A stretch of DNA of 64,000 bases from Deltaproteobacteria bacterium (GCA_009668975.1 SBEG01000013.1:24602-88601); one strand, 5' to 3'; positions 1 to 9,721 are shown, counted from the first letter of the stretch. Notes: generated by a model from the letters alone, not told the origin. A program made the numbers and translations.

Positions 1-1
1 C

Positions 2-1111
2 AAACAACCGGGCGAGGCGTCCGCGGCCCTGTCCGGAGATTTGCGTATCGCCCTGACGGAAAGCATCGAAGGCTATGAAGAGCTGCAAATCCTTGGCGCC
101 GCAGACCGCCAAACCGAAGAGCTGACCAGGCTGTCGGCCCGGCTGGTAGCCGCGCAACAGCAGCTTGCCCGGATCACTGCCATCGGCCAGGCCGGCGGCA
201 TTGCCGGTGCAGGCATCGCCCTGGCTGCGGTGCTGGCCCTCGCCGGCAGCCAGGTTGCGGACGACTCCCTGCCCGGACCGACCCTGGTCATGCTGCTGCT
301 GCTCAGCGCGGCCCTGTTTGAAACCACCGCACTCCTCCCCGCCGCCCTGCAGACCGCCCCGGCCACCATTGCCTCCCTGCGGCGCATCCTGCAGGCTGCC
401 ATGATGCGGCCGCCGATCGGAGATCCGGCCAACCCGCGTCCCTGTCCGGTACTACCGCTACCGGTCAGCTTTCACGACGTTCGTGCCATTTATCTCCCGG
501 AGTATACCGCCCGGCAGCAATTCTCCCTGAACGTGGCGGCCGGCGAACGGGTCGCCCTGATCGGGCCGAGTGGCGCCGGCAAGAGCACGATCATGGAGCT
601 GCTCCTGCGTTTCCGGCCGTACACGGGAACGATTCTTATCGGTGATGCGGAACTGCGGGACATCGCGGACGAAACATTGCGACAGCTGGTTACGGCGCTG
701 CCGCAGGCGCCGCATCTATTTAACGCCACGATTCGGGATAATATCCTGATCGCCCATCCTGAGGCCTCAGCCGACGAGCTTTCCGCAGCCATCAGCGACG
801 CCGGCTTGTCAGAGTGGATTGCCAAACTGCCCGAGGGGCTGGCAACGCAGGTTGGCGAGCAGGGACATCTTGTTTCCGGGGGCGAAGCGCGCCGCATCGC
901 CCTGGCCAGAACCCTGCTGAAAGATACACCGATTGTGCTGCTGGATGAACCGACGGAAGGACTCGACGCCGCACTGGAACGTCAGGTTGTTGCGCGGCTT
1001 GCTGAGCGGCTGGCAGGAAAAACCGTGCTGCTTGCCACCCATCGCCGGGCCTGTCTGGCCTTGGCTGACCGGGTTGTCACGCTGGAAGAATGCTGCGGGG
1101 AAAGCTCATGA
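2..1111 (+). CDS. cydC: Thiol-reductant ABC exporter, CydC-type fused permease/ATPase; the 5' end lies outside the window
   Basis: The frame is open from nt 2. The C-terminal NBD has Walker A GPSGAGKST, signature VSGGEARRIALARTLL and Walker B IVLLDEPTEGLD (PTEGLD is CydC-like). Hydrophobic TM segments lie upstream. Confidence 0.8.
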   Translation, partial: KQPGEASAALSGDLRIALTESIEGYEELQILGAADRQTEELTRLSARLVAAQQQLARITAIGQAGGIAGAGIALAAVLALAGSQVADDSLPGPTLVMLLLLSAALFETTALLPAALQTAPATIASLRRILQAAMMRPPIGDPANPRPCPVLPLPVSFHDVRAIYLPEYTARQQFSLNVAAGERVALIGPSGAGKSTIMELLLRFRPYTGTILIGDAELRDIADETLRQLVTALPQAPHLFNATIRDNILIAHPEASADELSAAISDAGLSEWIAKLPEGLATQVGEQGHLVSGGEARRIALARTLLKDTPIVLLDEPTEGLDAALERQVVARLAERLAGKTVLLATHRRACLALADRVVTLEECCGESS

Positions 1112-1275
1112 CAAACTCAACTTGGGGAATCATAAGACCTGAGGGTCCGACCCCAAAGATTTCTATTCAGTGTGTTGCTCAATTCGTAATACATGTCGGA
1201 TTTTCCCGAGGACACCCTTGGATACTGAGCATGGTAAAGCTTTTTGCAGCGGTCCGAGCAGATCCACAGGACTGT

Positions 1276-1788
1276 TCAGTCATGGGTTACGTAAATCAAT
1301 TTACTCGTATCAAAGCCCAGAGCGGCAGCTTTTGCCACCAGGCGACTTTGCAGCGCTGCCTCCATGACTGGAGTTCTGGACAGAATCCACAAGTACGACT
1401 TGTCCGGACCGCATACCAGTGAATAGTTGTAGTTCTCCTGGTCAAGTTCAAAAATGACATAGGAACCGTAAAACGGGCCAAAAAATGAAACCTTCAGGTA
1501 CCCCAGGTCCGGCTCTTTGACAAAATAAGCCTTGCCGATGGCTTCCTTCCACCTGTTTTCCTTTGCCGAATAGCCGCGATTCACTACCCGCAGGCCACCA
1601 TCCTTCCGCATGCTGTATTCTGCGGTGACGCGGGTCAGGCCCCGCTCAAAGGAATGATCCAGACGCGCGATTTCATACCATTTCCCCAGGTAATTTTGAG
1701 CAGAGAAATTTGCAACCGGTTTCACCTGATCAGGAATACCGGTACACCCGGTGAAAAGCAATGCCAGCCATAGTGTCAGTTTCTTCAT
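1276..1788 (-). CDS. blc: Outer-membrane lipoprotein, bacterial lipocalin Blc
   Basis: 170 aa with lipobox LLFTGC and lipocalin core NYLGKWYEIARLDHSFERG. The C-terminus GFDTSKLIYVTHD looks like a normal Blc end. Confidence 0.9.
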   Translation of the reverse strand: MKKLTLWLALLFTGCTGIPDQVKPVANFSAQNYLGKWYEIARLDHSFERGLTRVTAEYSMRKDGGLRVVNRGYSAKENRWKEAIGKAYFVKEPDLGYLKVSFFGPFYGSYVIFELDQENYNYSLVCGPDKSYLWILSRTPVMEAALQSRLVAKAAALGFDTSKLIYVTHD

Positions 1789-1897
1789 AGTGATGTTTCC
1801 TTTCGCATATATATTCTGGCCATTTTTCCTGCTCTTGAAGACAGTACATTACCCACCGCAAGCATCATCAAATCTCTGCAATCTTAAACGATTATTT

Positions 1898-2236
1898 CTA
1901 CTTGACCCTGTTCTTTCCAATAACTCCGACTGCCAAGCCGACCGCAAAAACAGCCACAAGCAGGAAACTCCAGTAAATCGAGGGATGAATTCGTTCCCAA
2001 GCTGGTTGATTATCTTTCGGGCAGACTACCCGGGCAAGTTCACCTGTGCTCAATTGGGTCATCTCCGGAATTTGCTCAATTCCGTACACGCATATTTCAC
2101 CGGTCGGAAGTGCGCAAAACTGTTGGGGAGGACATTCTGTCAGTATTTTCTGCTTCACTCCCTCACCGCAACGGGCACCAGCTTCCTTGAGTATTTGAAG
2201 GGTGACCTCCGGATATTTCGTGATTTGCTCGGGCAC
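1898..2236 (-). CDS. Hypothetical Cys-rich protein with a C-terminal membrane anchor
   Basis: 112 aa. GTG start lies 6 nt after GGAGG. The soluble N-terminal part has 6 Cys, and there is one C-terminal TM (IYWSFLLVAVFAVGLAVGVIG). No family recognised. Confidence 0.5.
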   Translation of the reverse strand: MPEQITKYPEVTLQILKEAGARCGEGVKQKILTECPPQQFCALPTGEICVYGIEQIPEMTQLSTGELARVVCPKDNQPAWERIHPSIYWSFLLVAVFAVGLAVGVIGKNRVK

Positions 2237-2356
2237 ACGTCACCTCCGTGGGAAAGAGTTCCTGACTTGACTATCCAAGGGTCCTGCCTGTTTTCAAACA
2301 GTACTTGGCAAGGCAGAAACCCTGTGGCCTTGGGTGAAGAGCGTTCGAAACCACAA

Positions 2357-2389
2357 AGACCTGCCAGGTTTTGAAAACCTGGCAGGTCT
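2357..2389. repeat. PAL-1 33-nt perfect palindrome, copy 1 (AGACCTGCCAGGTTTTGAAAACCTGGCAGGTCT)
   Basis: Perfect 16-bp arms around a central G. It is intergenic and lies just downstream of add. Confidence 0.95.
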
Positions 2390-2402
2390 AAGGCCGGGAC
2401 TG

Positions 2403-3452
2403 TTACCGGATATGAGTTTGCTCTTCAAAGAATTCATCAAGTTCCCTGATCCATCCATCCTTGATGCTTTCCTCCACAAAACTGGCCTGAAAACTGTTGC
2501 GAGCCAGCTGGTATGCCTCTTTTGCCCCCAACTCCGGCAGCGCTTCGAAGGTAGCGGTGTAATTCCGGTTCAGGTAGCCACCAAAATAGGCCGGATCGTC
2601 GGAATTAAGAGTTGCGGCAATGCCGCCTGCCAGCAATGTGCCGATGTTGTGAGCGGGAAGACTTGGAAACACGCACAGTTTCACGTTGGAAAGGGGGCAG
2701 ACAGTCAACGGTATGCGTTGCTGTACCAATCGCGCGACCAGTTGGGGATCATCCAGGCAGTGCACACCATGGTCGATTCTTTCAACTTTCAGCACATCAA
2801 GGGCAGAGCGAATGTATTCGGCTGACCCCTCTTCTCCGGCATGGGCCACCAGCCGCAGTCCCATCTCACGGCAGCGCGCAAACACTCCGGCAAATTTCTC
2901 CGGAGGATTTCCTCGCTCACTGCTGTCGAGGCCGACCCCGATGAACTTGTCGCGAAATGGCAGTGCCTCTTCCAGCACCGCAAAGGCGTCATCTTCACTC
3001 AGGTGGCGCAGAAAACAGAGTAGCAGGGAGGCACTCAGACCCAGTTCCTCACGTCCGCAACGGATTGCGCGATCCAGTCCGTTGATTACCGTTTCAAAGG
3101 GAATTCCTCTGGCCGTATGCGTCTGCGGATCAAAGAAAATTTCCGCATGGACGATATTTTCTGCTTTGGCGCGCTGCAGGTACGCCCAGGCCAGGTCGTA
3201 AAAATCTTCTTCCTTTTGCAGAACACTGGCTCCGGCATAGTATATATCCAGAAAGCTCTGCAAGTCGGTAAAGGCATAAGCAGCGCGCAGTTCCTGTATT
3301 GTTTGGTAGGGGAGTTGAACCCGATTCCTGGCAGCCAGGGCAAATATCAATTCCGGCTCCAACGATCCTTCGATGTGTATATGAAGTTCCGCTTTCGGCA
3401 TGCGGCAGAGGATCTCAGGCAGGTCTTCGCGTGCAACAGAATCGAAATTCAT
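2403..3452 (-). CDS. add: Adenosine/adenine deaminase family protein
   Basis: Metal motif [10 protein letters not shown] and C-terminal [11 protein letters not shown]. Start placed at ATG 3452, with AGGAG 8 nt upstream, rather than the upstream GTG at 3482. Confidence 0.85.
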   Translation of the reverse strand: MNFDSVAREDLPEILCRMPKAELHIHIEGSLEPELIFALAARNRVQLPYQTIQELRAAYAFTDLQSFLDIYYAGASVLQKEEDFYDLAWAYLQRAKAENIVHAEIFFDPQTHTARGIPFETVINGLDRAIRCGREELGLSASLLLCFLRHLSEDDAFAVLEEALPFRDKFIGVGLDSSERGNPPEKFAGVFARCREMGLRLVAHAGEEGSAEYIRSALDVLKVERIDHGVHCLDDPQLVARLVQQRIPLTVCPLSNVKLCVFPSLPAHNIGTLLAGGIAATLNSDDPAYFGGYLNRNYTATFEALPELGAKEAYQLARNSFQASFVEESIKDGWIRELDEFFEEQTHIR

Positions 3453-3523
3453 CGTGAGAACTCCTGATTTCTTTGAAACCACGACCGGTTTCTGAAATGC
3501 GGATGTAGAGTGCCTCGGGGTTT

Positions 3524-4072
3524 CTAGTTACGCAGCAACGTGGACTTCAGCTGGCTCGCCAAACCTTTGATTTTTCCAGACAGCAAAGCCTTCCATTCAT
3601 TGCCGATTCTCTTGAAGGAAATGACTTCCAGAGCTTCCACGTCAACCTCGCCAACGGTGATCTTGTTGCGTGTAACCACATGAGCGACATCTTTACCCTC
3701 TTTCACTTCGCCGAGAACTTCCATCTTTCCGAAGTTCACGCCACCCAAGGTCTCCGCCTGCGCGATGGTCGCTCGCAAAAAGGATGCAAAGAAATCCGCA
3801 TCGGTCAATTTTGCGATTGATTCTTTGTTCGCCTCCGGTCCAAAGAATATCGTATAAAACTGCTGCTGTCCCTCATCCGGAATTTCCTGGACAAAACCCA
3901 TCATCTGTCGAAACTCACCCAACGCGGCCGGATCGAAAAAGGTTGCCGCACGGCGGTAGTCCTTCTGTTTCAAGGTACTGAAGTACTCGGTTGCCGTTTC
4001 CGAAGCAGTATTGGCATATACAAGACTACTCGACAAAAGAAGAATGACCAACACGAACTGTACGATTTTCAT
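3524..4072 (-). CDS. Secreted hypothetical protein
   Basis: Start at [20 protein letters not shown] (signal peptide), with GAGGAG upstream. The longer ORF-track N-terminus runs through PAL-1 copy 2 and is rejected. Confidence 0.6.
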   Translation of the reverse strand: MKIVQFVLVILLLSSSLVYANTASETATEYFSTLKQKDYRRAATFFDPAALGEFRQMMGFVQEIPDEGQQQFYTIFFGPEANKESIAKLTDADFFASFLRATIAQAETLGGVNFGKMEVLGEVKEGKDVAHVVTRNKITVGEVDVEALEVISFKRIGNEWKALLSGKIKGLASQLKSTLLRN

Positions 4073-4149
4073 TTTTTTCTCCTCTGGCAGATCAATTTTG
4101 CGAGCGGCAGCAAAAATCCGGCACTTCGCTCGGGAAGTATCTGCCGCGG

Positions 4150-4182
4150 AGACCTGCCAGGTTTTCAAAACCTGGCAGGTCT
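4150..4182. repeat. PAL-1 palindrome, copy 2 (central C)
   Basis: Arms identical to copy 1. It lies downstream of the PucC-like gene. The extended flanks CGGA...TGGTC are shared with copy 3. Confidence 0.95.
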
Positions 4183-4238
4183 GGTCCAGACGTATCATGC
4201 TTTTTTCGTTACGAGGTGCCCTTTTATGGTTCGGTTAT

Positions 4239-5513
4239 TCACAGCTCTTCCTGATGCACTTGTGACGCAGCATAGTCCAGGCGCGTGGAAAGATGCAAGG
4301 CGGTTAAGAGCATGATCACTTCAGCGGCAAAAACCGTGCTGTAGGCAAGGAAAGGATTGTTTGTCAGGTGTCGCACCGTATCGACGACCATGCCGCCCAG
4401 CACGCTGCCGACGGCATGTCCGGCCATGTTGGCAACCGCCCAGACACCCAGCAGCATGCCGGCGCGAATCCTGCTGGTAAAGGAGAGCGCTCCCGACAGC
4501 ATCCCGGCGCCGGCCAGGCCGGTGCCCAGCCCCATGACAAAGACCGCAACCTGCAGCACCTCAGCGTTGCCCAGAAAGCCGGCGGCAATCGGACCCAGAA
4601 ATGCCAGGGCGGAGAGAATCATGCCGGCGCGCATGGTTATCATCCAGCCGTAGTACTTCAAAAAGAACATCCCGGAAGCGAGCATTGCCAACAGCACGCC
4701 GACACCCCAGAATTGAATCAGTCCGGTTGTCTCACCCACTGACATGGCGAGCACCAGCCCGCCATAGGGTTCAAGCAGAACATCCTGGGCGAGCGTGCCG
4801 ATAAAGGTCAGCATCACAATCGCAAAAAACAGCCGGACCTGGGGGTCGGCAGCAATGATGTGCGAAAATGCCGTGCGAAAAGGCACTTCACGCGCCCTCT
4901 GCGCCGCTTCTTCGAGGCGGCAATCCTTCTCTTCATTGCCGACGGTTGCCAGAAAAGCCAGGACGAAAACAGCCGCGGCAACGCTCAGCGCCACTCCGGT
5001 CAGCCGGGCCGGATCATAGTCGGACAGACCTTTCTTGATAAAGCCGGCTCCCGCCACCATGCCCAGCATGGTTGCCACTTCATAGAACGTTGCCGCACGC
5101 GACCGGGCTTCGGCGGTGTAACGCTCCGCAACCAGAGCCTGGAAAGTATTATGCGCGGCATTCCTGCCGAGACCATAGAGCAGAAAAGCTGACGCGACCC
5201 CCGCCATCAGCAGGGCACTTCCGCTCTGCCGGGTAATGATGCTGACGATGGCAATGATGCCCAACCCGATCAGCAATGCACCGAGAATGATATACGGCTC
5301 GCGCCGTTTTCCCAGCAGGGGAAATGCGTCAGAGCGGTAGCCGATCCAGACGCGTATCGGCGAAACCATCAGCGGGATGGCAAAAAAGAGCGCAACCAGC
5401 GTCGCTGAATAGCCCAGATCGGCAATCATCACCCGATTAAGGGTACTACCGATCAGGACGCCGCTGAGCGCGTAGGCTATCGGAAACAGTGCCAGACGGA
5501 AATTATTGGCCAT
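4239..5513 (-). CDS. MFS transporter of the PucC/BCD family
   Basis: Conserved N-terminal region FRLALFPIAYALSGVLIGSTLNRVMIADLG...GYRSD...GKRREPYII and about 12 TM segments. The start is uncertain (ATG 5513 preferred; 5585 and 5606 are also possible). Confidence 0.75.
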   Translation of the reverse strand: MANNFRLALFPIAYALSGVLIGSTLNRVMIADLGYSATLVALFFAIPLMVSPIRVWIGYRSDAFPLLGKRREPYIILGALLIGLGIIAIVSIITRQSGSALLMAGVASAFLLYGLGRNAAHNTFQALVAERYTAEARSRAATFYEVATMLGMVAGAGFIKKGLSDYDPARLTGVALSVAAAVFVLAFLATVGNEEKDCRLEEAAQRAREVPFRTAFSHIIAADPQVRLFFAIVMLTFIGTLAQDVLLEPYGGLVLAMSVGETTGLIQFWGVGVLLAMLASGMFFLKYYGWMITMRAGMILSALAFLGPIAAGFLGNAEVLQVAVFVMGLGTGLAGAGMLSGALSFTSRIRAGMLLGVWAVANMAGHAVGSVLGGMVVDTVRHLTNNPFLAYSTVFAAEVIMLLTALHLSTRLDYAASQVHQEEL

Positions 5514-5657
5514 TCTTATGGTATTTTTCACGGGATCTCCAGCAGCATACGCCGGTTTTTGTTGTATGAGTATCCGCTCTGGCATAACGGATAGTAACCA
5601 TACCAAAAGTTCAAGTCTTCGAGCCAGCCGAGTTTCATTTTAACTAAATGCTGCGGC

Positions 5658-5707
5658 TTGACAATGTGCTATGCGGCAAGTATGTTTTATTTCAACAATA
5701 TTTGAAA
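5658..5707 (+). promoter_or_regulatory. Candidate sigma70 promoter plus an AT-rich palindrome upstream of the rubrerythrin-like gene
   Basis: TTGACA (5658-5663), 17-nt spacer, TATGTT (5681-5686). This is followed by TTTCAAcaatatTTGAAA (5690-5707). Confidence 0.4.
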
Positions 5708-5736
5708 CATCTATAGTCAATCAGAGGAGGATACGA

Positions 5737-6189
5737 ATGAAGGCCGAAGATTACAAAAAAGTTATAACCATGGCGGTAGAAAACGAAATCGAAGCTTATG
5801 ATTTCTACAAAGCAGCCGGAGAAAAAGTAAGCGATACAAATCTGAAATCAATTTTCAACGACTTGGCAAAGGAAGAACAACAACATAGAGAGTTCTTGCA
5901 GGGGCTCCTCAGCCAGGCTCAGACGATGAAATTTGACGAGAACCAGGACTACAAAATTTCGGAAAGCGTCGATAAACCGAAGCTCTCAATAAGCATGAGC
6001 CCGGCTGATGCAATTGGTCTGGCAATGAAGAATGAAGAAGAAGCAATGCATATGTACGCCGAACTAGCTAAAGCCAGTGCAGACAAGGAGCAGAAGGCTA
6101 TGTTCGATTCCCTCGCCCGCATGGAACAGGGCCACAAAGTGAAGCTTGAAGGACTCTATACCGACATGGCTTATCCCGAAGTTTGGTAG
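5737..6189 (+). CDS. Ferritin-like / rubrerythrin-family diiron protein
   Basis: 150 aa with GAGGAGG upstream. Two E-x-x-H helices are present (EEQQHREF and EQGHKVKL), which is the ferritin-like four-helix-bundle pattern. Confidence 0.75.
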   Translation: MKAEDYKKVITMAVENEIEAYDFYKAAGEKVSDTNLKSIFNDLAKEEQQHREFLQGLLSQAQTMKFDENQDYKISESVDKPKLSISMSPADAIGLAMKNEEEAMHMYAELAKASADKEQKAMFDSLARMEQGHKVKLEGLYTDMAYPEVW

Positions 6190-6241
6190 CATGTAGATAG
6201 AATTGACCTGTAATTAGGTTATGGCTGTGTCTCGCGGTAAT

Positions 6242-6280
6242 AAAGGGGAATGGTTCTGAAGTGAACCATTCCCCTTTTTA
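6242..6280 (+). terminator. Rho-independent terminator
   Basis: GGGGAATGGTTC-tgaagt-GAACCATTCCCC followed by TTTTT. Confidence 0.8.
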
Positions 6281-6374
6281 TTTCGCTCCCGCTGCCGTCA
6301 TTGGCAGAATAGATAGGGTGCCCACGGATATCTCCGCGGCCTAGTATCCTGTGATTGCAGGCCATGAAGTGAGC

Positions 6375-6866
6375 CTACTTCCAGATATCATAACCGAGAG
6401 TCACCATGAATCCGGAGAGGCCCAGTATCACGAACTGGCTGCTGGTGCGTTGGTACTTGTAGCCAATGGCCGGAATAACCCCCACACCGATGCCGTTGTC
6501 GTTGATGGGAAGCTTGTTTTCGTACGGCTCAAAGTAACCAATGATTGCTCCGGCAGTCAACTTGACAAACAGGTGATGATCCTGGGGGCCGTAGATCCAC
6601 TTTTTACCACCGTAGAGGTATCCGCACGGCTGATGGTACGAGTTTTTAAAAAATGCGCCGCCGATTTCCCACCGGGACGCTGACTCCCACTCTACAACAG
6701 TGAACCAGGGAAACGAATTGTGTTCAGGATTCCGGCTATAGTGAACAACGTATGGGCTGAAATGCAGCGACACCACACTCCCTTCAGGCTCCTGGTCCGC
6801 CTGCGCTCGAAAAGGATTGCCGCACAGGCAGAAACATACCAGCAAGCACATGAATCCGGTCCTCAT
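6375..6866 (-). CDS. Small outer-membrane beta-barrel protein (possibly PagP-like topology)
   Basis: 163 aa with a signal peptide and alternating aromatic/hydrophobic strands. The C-terminal LGYDIWK is aromatic. The family assignment is tentative. Confidence 0.55.
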   Translation of the reverse strand: MRTGFMCLLVCFCLCGNPFRAQADQEPEGSVVSLHFSPYVVHYSRNPEHNSFPWFTVVEWESASRWEIGGAFFKNSYHQPCGYLYGGKKWIYGPQDHHLFVKLTAGAIIGYFEPYENKLPINDNGIGVGVIPAIGYKYQRTSSQFVILGLSGFMVTLGYDIWK

Positions 6867-7006
6867 AGAGAAACTCCTTTATTTATCAAGCCGTTCGGAA
6901 GGTTCCCCGCTATGGCCGAGTGCTCACTAATTATCAGCGGTAATATCTCAGGGATCTTCAGTATCTTCAGGGACATCCCATAAGAACCCTGTCAAGGGTT
7001 GATCTA

Positions 7007-7618
7007 TTAACCTTCATCCGTCAATGGCAGTGGATGCGGCAGTGGTTTTCGAGGATTGTAGAGCACTCCACCAGATGATGCATAATCCTGCAGCACCGCT
7101 ACCGCTTCCGGCCGCAGCAGGTCCAGTTCCACCCTGATTCCCCGTTTCTCTAGCGAAGCTGTCCAGTCGCCAGGCTTGTCCCCTTCATCAAAACCAATCG
7201 CTCGGGCATCCTCACTGCGCGCTCCGCAGAGTAGTGCGCCCACCCCTGACCAGGGGATTGCGCCAAAACACATGGCGCACGGTTCGGTTGAAGCATACAA
7301 TTCGTACTGCAGTGTTCTCCCGTCGCCAAGGTCATAGCGTCCCAGCACCTTCTGGGCAAAGGCCAGCGCAACAGTCTCTGCATGGAAAATGGAACAGCCG
7401 GAACTGACTACCAAATTCATTCCTGGCGCGACCAGCCTTCCCTCTTCATCAAAGACCGCCGCCCCGAAAGGCCCGCCGCTGGCATGGCGCACATTGAGAT
7501 TGGAAAGCTCGATCGCCAGCCGCATCCGATCCTCCCGCGAGGGGAAAATTTGCGGCTGTCCGTCAAGAAAGGGCTTGACCCAGGCAGGTAAACGAAGGGC
7601 TATTTCAGGCAGATACAT
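7007..7618 (-). CDS. Nucleoside (CMP/dCMP-type, zinc) deaminase family protein
   Basis: Zinc motifs HAE (FHAETVAL) and PCAMC. Confidence 0.8.
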   Translation of the reverse strand: MYLPEIALRLPAWVKPFLDGQPQIFPSREDRMRLAIELSNLNVRHASGGPFGAAVFDEEGRLVAPGMNLVVSSGCSIFHAETVALAFAQKVLGRYDLGDGRTLQYELYASTEPCAMCFGAIPWSGVGALLCGARSEDARAIGFDEGDKPGDWTASLEKRGIRVELDLLRPEAVAVLQDYASSGGVLYNPRKPLPHPLPLTDEG

Positions 7619-7725
7619 GATATTCTCGCTGGTTTATGTAAAACAAGGAAACCAGGGGATTTACATTTAATTCTCGACATCTTCGCCGAAATTCCGGGAA
7701 ACTCCTAGGACATCATACGTTATTA

Positions 7726-7758
7726 CTTGGCAGAATCAAGTAAGGTGTTTCCGGGAAT
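7726..7758. repeat. Solo degenerate copy of the right arm of the MITE-like element at 11.6 kb
   Basis: CTTGGCAGAATCAAGTAAGGTGTTTCCGGGAAT here, compared with CTTGGCAGAATTAAGTAAGGTGTCCCCAGAAAT at 11628-11660. Confidence 0.6.
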
Positions 7759-7839
7759 CCCCAAGCAGCTCCAATTTTCTTGTAACCCGCCATGAGAACT
7801 TTGTCTAATAATAGAAGAGCAAGAAAGGGGGCGTTATGA

Positions 7840-8175
7840 ATGATAAAGTTCCTGGTGGCGATTGTTTTTGTTCTGATGACAGCCGGCACTGCTTCGGCGC
7901 ACGGAGTTAATTTCCGGATAGGCGTCGGTATACCGGTCTACCCAAATACTTACCCCACTTACACGTATCCGGCTCCGTACGGATACTATGATTCCGCGCC
8001 ATACAGGTATTACTATCCACCACCGGTTTACAGGTATAGTCCTGTTTATGGCAGCGTAATCATCCATAAGGAATATGGCCACGGTTATTACGGCCAGGGA
8101 TGGGGTCGTCTCTATTACAAACAATTCAGACACGGATATGGCGCATATGGACACGGCCGCGGATTCAGGAACTGA
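7840..8175 (+). CDS. Small secreted Tyr/Pro/Gly-rich protein
   Basis: 111 aa with signal peptide MIKFLVAIVFVLMTAGTASA. I count 21 Tyr in about 90 mature residues. A purine-rich RBS lies upstream. Confidence 0.6.
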   Translation: MIKFLVAIVFVLMTAGTASAHGVNFRIGVGIPVYPNTYPTYTYPAPYGYYDSAPYRYYYPPPVYRYSPVYGSVIIHKEYGHGYYGQGWGRLYYKQFRHGYGAYGHGRGFRN

Positions 8176-8215
8176 TAGCGACGGCAATGCGGGACGTCAT
8201 GTAGATTTCATAGTA

Positions 8216-8296
8216 GAAAGATTTTGTTGCATCGTGTTTTTGTCAACAAAAGCCTATCCATTTTTTCTGACTACAAATGTAATTATGTAATGGGCA
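8216..8296. repeat. About 80-nt non-coding repeat (family R80), copy 1
   Basis: Aligns with 16859-16940 at roughly 85% identity. It contains the hairpin TTTTGTTG...CAACAAAA. Confidence 0.85.
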
Positions 8297-8390
8297 TCCT
8301 ACGAACCCTTAAACTAGTGCCATTAGTGAGTGTCCCTAATTTTTCTCAAGTACGTAACATCAAACAATCAACTTGACTAAGCAGAAAACG

Positions 8391-8430
8391 AAAAACCCTC
8401 CTTTGTACCTTTGTACACTAGGAGGGTTTT
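8391..8430. terminator. Bidirectional hairpin terminator between convergent genes
   Basis: AACCCTCCT-17 nt-AGGAGGGTT, flanked by an A-run and a T-run. Confidence 0.65.
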
Positions 8431-8543
8431 ATACATAACCAACTCACGAGGGAATGGCCTGCCACTATCACTTCCTCGCCTTAACGATGGCAACTACATA
8501 TGGCAGCATACCAAACATGACCTATTTGAAACTTTGCGCCGTA

Positions 8544-8951
8544 TTACTTTGCTTCAAGTACATCCGTGGTAAGTACAACCTGCTGGCTTGGCAAGGAAAC
8601 AGTGGGAAAATCCTCTGCCGTTATCACAAGGCGAAAGATCTTGAAAGGGGTTACGGCTTTCAACTCGCCTTCCAACTCCTTGTCCACTTTAAGCTGACCC
8701 AGATTGTATGTCTGATTGTCAGGCGTCTGCACCCACACTACGTAAATAGCGCGGGGAGGCTGCAGATTCTGGGGTGGTGCCAAATGATCCACTTTAAGAT
8801 GAATCGATGTGTTGTCGTTTGAGTCCTTCGACACCTTTGTTACACCTGTTGCTGCAGGCACGACATTTGACGCAGGGATTGGCTCCTTAGTAGCACAGCC
8901 TAACATCCGAAGGGATACCGCCAGTACAGCCGTTACAAAAATCAATTTCAT
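8544..8951 (-). CDS. Hypothetical lipoprotein
   Basis: Start MKLIFVTAVLAVSLRMLGC (lipobox) lies 9 nt after AAGGAG. No family recognised. Confidence 0.6.
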   Translation of the reverse strand: MKLIFVTAVLAVSLRMLGCATKEPIPASNVVPAATGVTKVSKDSNDNTSIHLKVDHLAPPQNLQPPRAIYVVWVQTPDNQTYNLGQLKVDKELEGELKAVTPFKIFRLVITAEDFPTVSLPSQQVVLTTDVLEAK

Positions 8952-9196
8952 CGTCATTTCTCCTTCTTTGAATAGCATAATCGTAATCGTCAACCCAGCA
9001 CGAAACCTCTAAACATTGACTACCAAGTAAACTTTCAACAGACTGTTCGCTGCATCAGCTCGAAGCATTTTAAAGTCATAAAGCAAAGCCTGTCTCTGGC
9101 GCGTTGTCCCGCAATTCTGTTATTCTGATTATCTTTATAAATATCAGACGATGACCAATTGTCAAGTAATCAGGGGATTTTAGCCATGACATGTTT

Positions 9197-9265
9197 ACAT
9201 TGTAGTACATTGTAGGGTCAGGCCTGCAAACCTGCATTTTACTCTTTTTTTGCAGTTTTGTTGGC
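9197..9265. repeat. PAL-2 element copy A, preceded by a tandem ACATTGTAG x2
   Basis: GGTCAGGCCTGCAAACCTGCA-TTTTACTCTTTTTTT-GCAGTTTTG. This is related to 15246-15291 with the loop inverted. Confidence 0.7.
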
Positions 9266-9288
9266 ACGACTACGAGTATCTCTGGCTG

Positions 9289-9609
9289 TTATTCCTGCCA
9301 CCTGGCCAATAACTCACGGGTTTCGTCAGACAGGTTGGCGATCATTTCCGTAGAAAGCAGCTTGTGTTTGCGGATAAGCAGCAATTTGAGCACGATGTCT
9401 GAGCGACGCCAACCATCGAAACAATCGGCGACAATTATGTCAGACTCCCGGTAGTGTTTGTAGAGCCACAGATAGCGTTCGTGTTCGCCCACCTCCGGCG
9501 CCTGCAGTATTTCCAGAGCATCTCGATTGATCCTCCCGCAAAGTTCCGCCAGCAGTTCCTTCTCGATGCTGCGAAGATACTTCCAGTCCCTTTCAGGAAT
9601 CGATCGCAC
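9289..9609 (-). CDS. Hypothetical protein
   Basis: 106 aa with a GTG start after a GGGGGGA run. Predicted soluble and helical. No family recognised. Confidence 0.5.
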   Translation of the reverse strand: MRSIPERDWKYLRSIEKELLAELCGRINRDALEILQAPEVGEHERYLWLYKHYRESDIIVADCFDGWRRSDIVLKLLLIRKHKLLSTEMIANLSDETRELLARWQE

Positions 9610-9640
9610 TATTTATCCCCCCGTTTCGGTATATGAGTAA

Positions 9641-9705
9641 TTATGTAAACTGTCCCCGGAATTCGGCCTAAATACGTAAAGGGCGTCCCGCTGAACCCCC
9701 AAGTA
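9641..9705. repeat. Partial third copy of the distal part of the R80 repeat
   Basis: GTAATTATGTAA matches copy 1. ACGTAAAGGGCGTCCCGCTGAACCCCC matches TATGTAAAGGGCGCCCCGCAAAGCCCC of copy 2. Confidence 0.55.
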
Positions 9706-9721
9706 ACTCTTATAACAACGG

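Noticed and set aside
1117-1275. About 53 open codons continuing in frame after the blc TGA stop, including a TRASH/YHS-like ICSDRCKKLY motif
   Set aside because: Blc ends at its normal C-terminus. The open frame has no start codon of its own until late. An open run of this length after a stop is not improbable by chance (roughly 8%). One short motif is insufficient evidence.
3524-4198. N-terminal extensions and ORFs containing TCQV[LF]KTWQV (also 9609-9821 and 21110-21325)
   Set aside because: The peptide is simply the translation of the PAL-1 palindrome. Better starts with an RBS exist downstream, or the ORF has no support at all.
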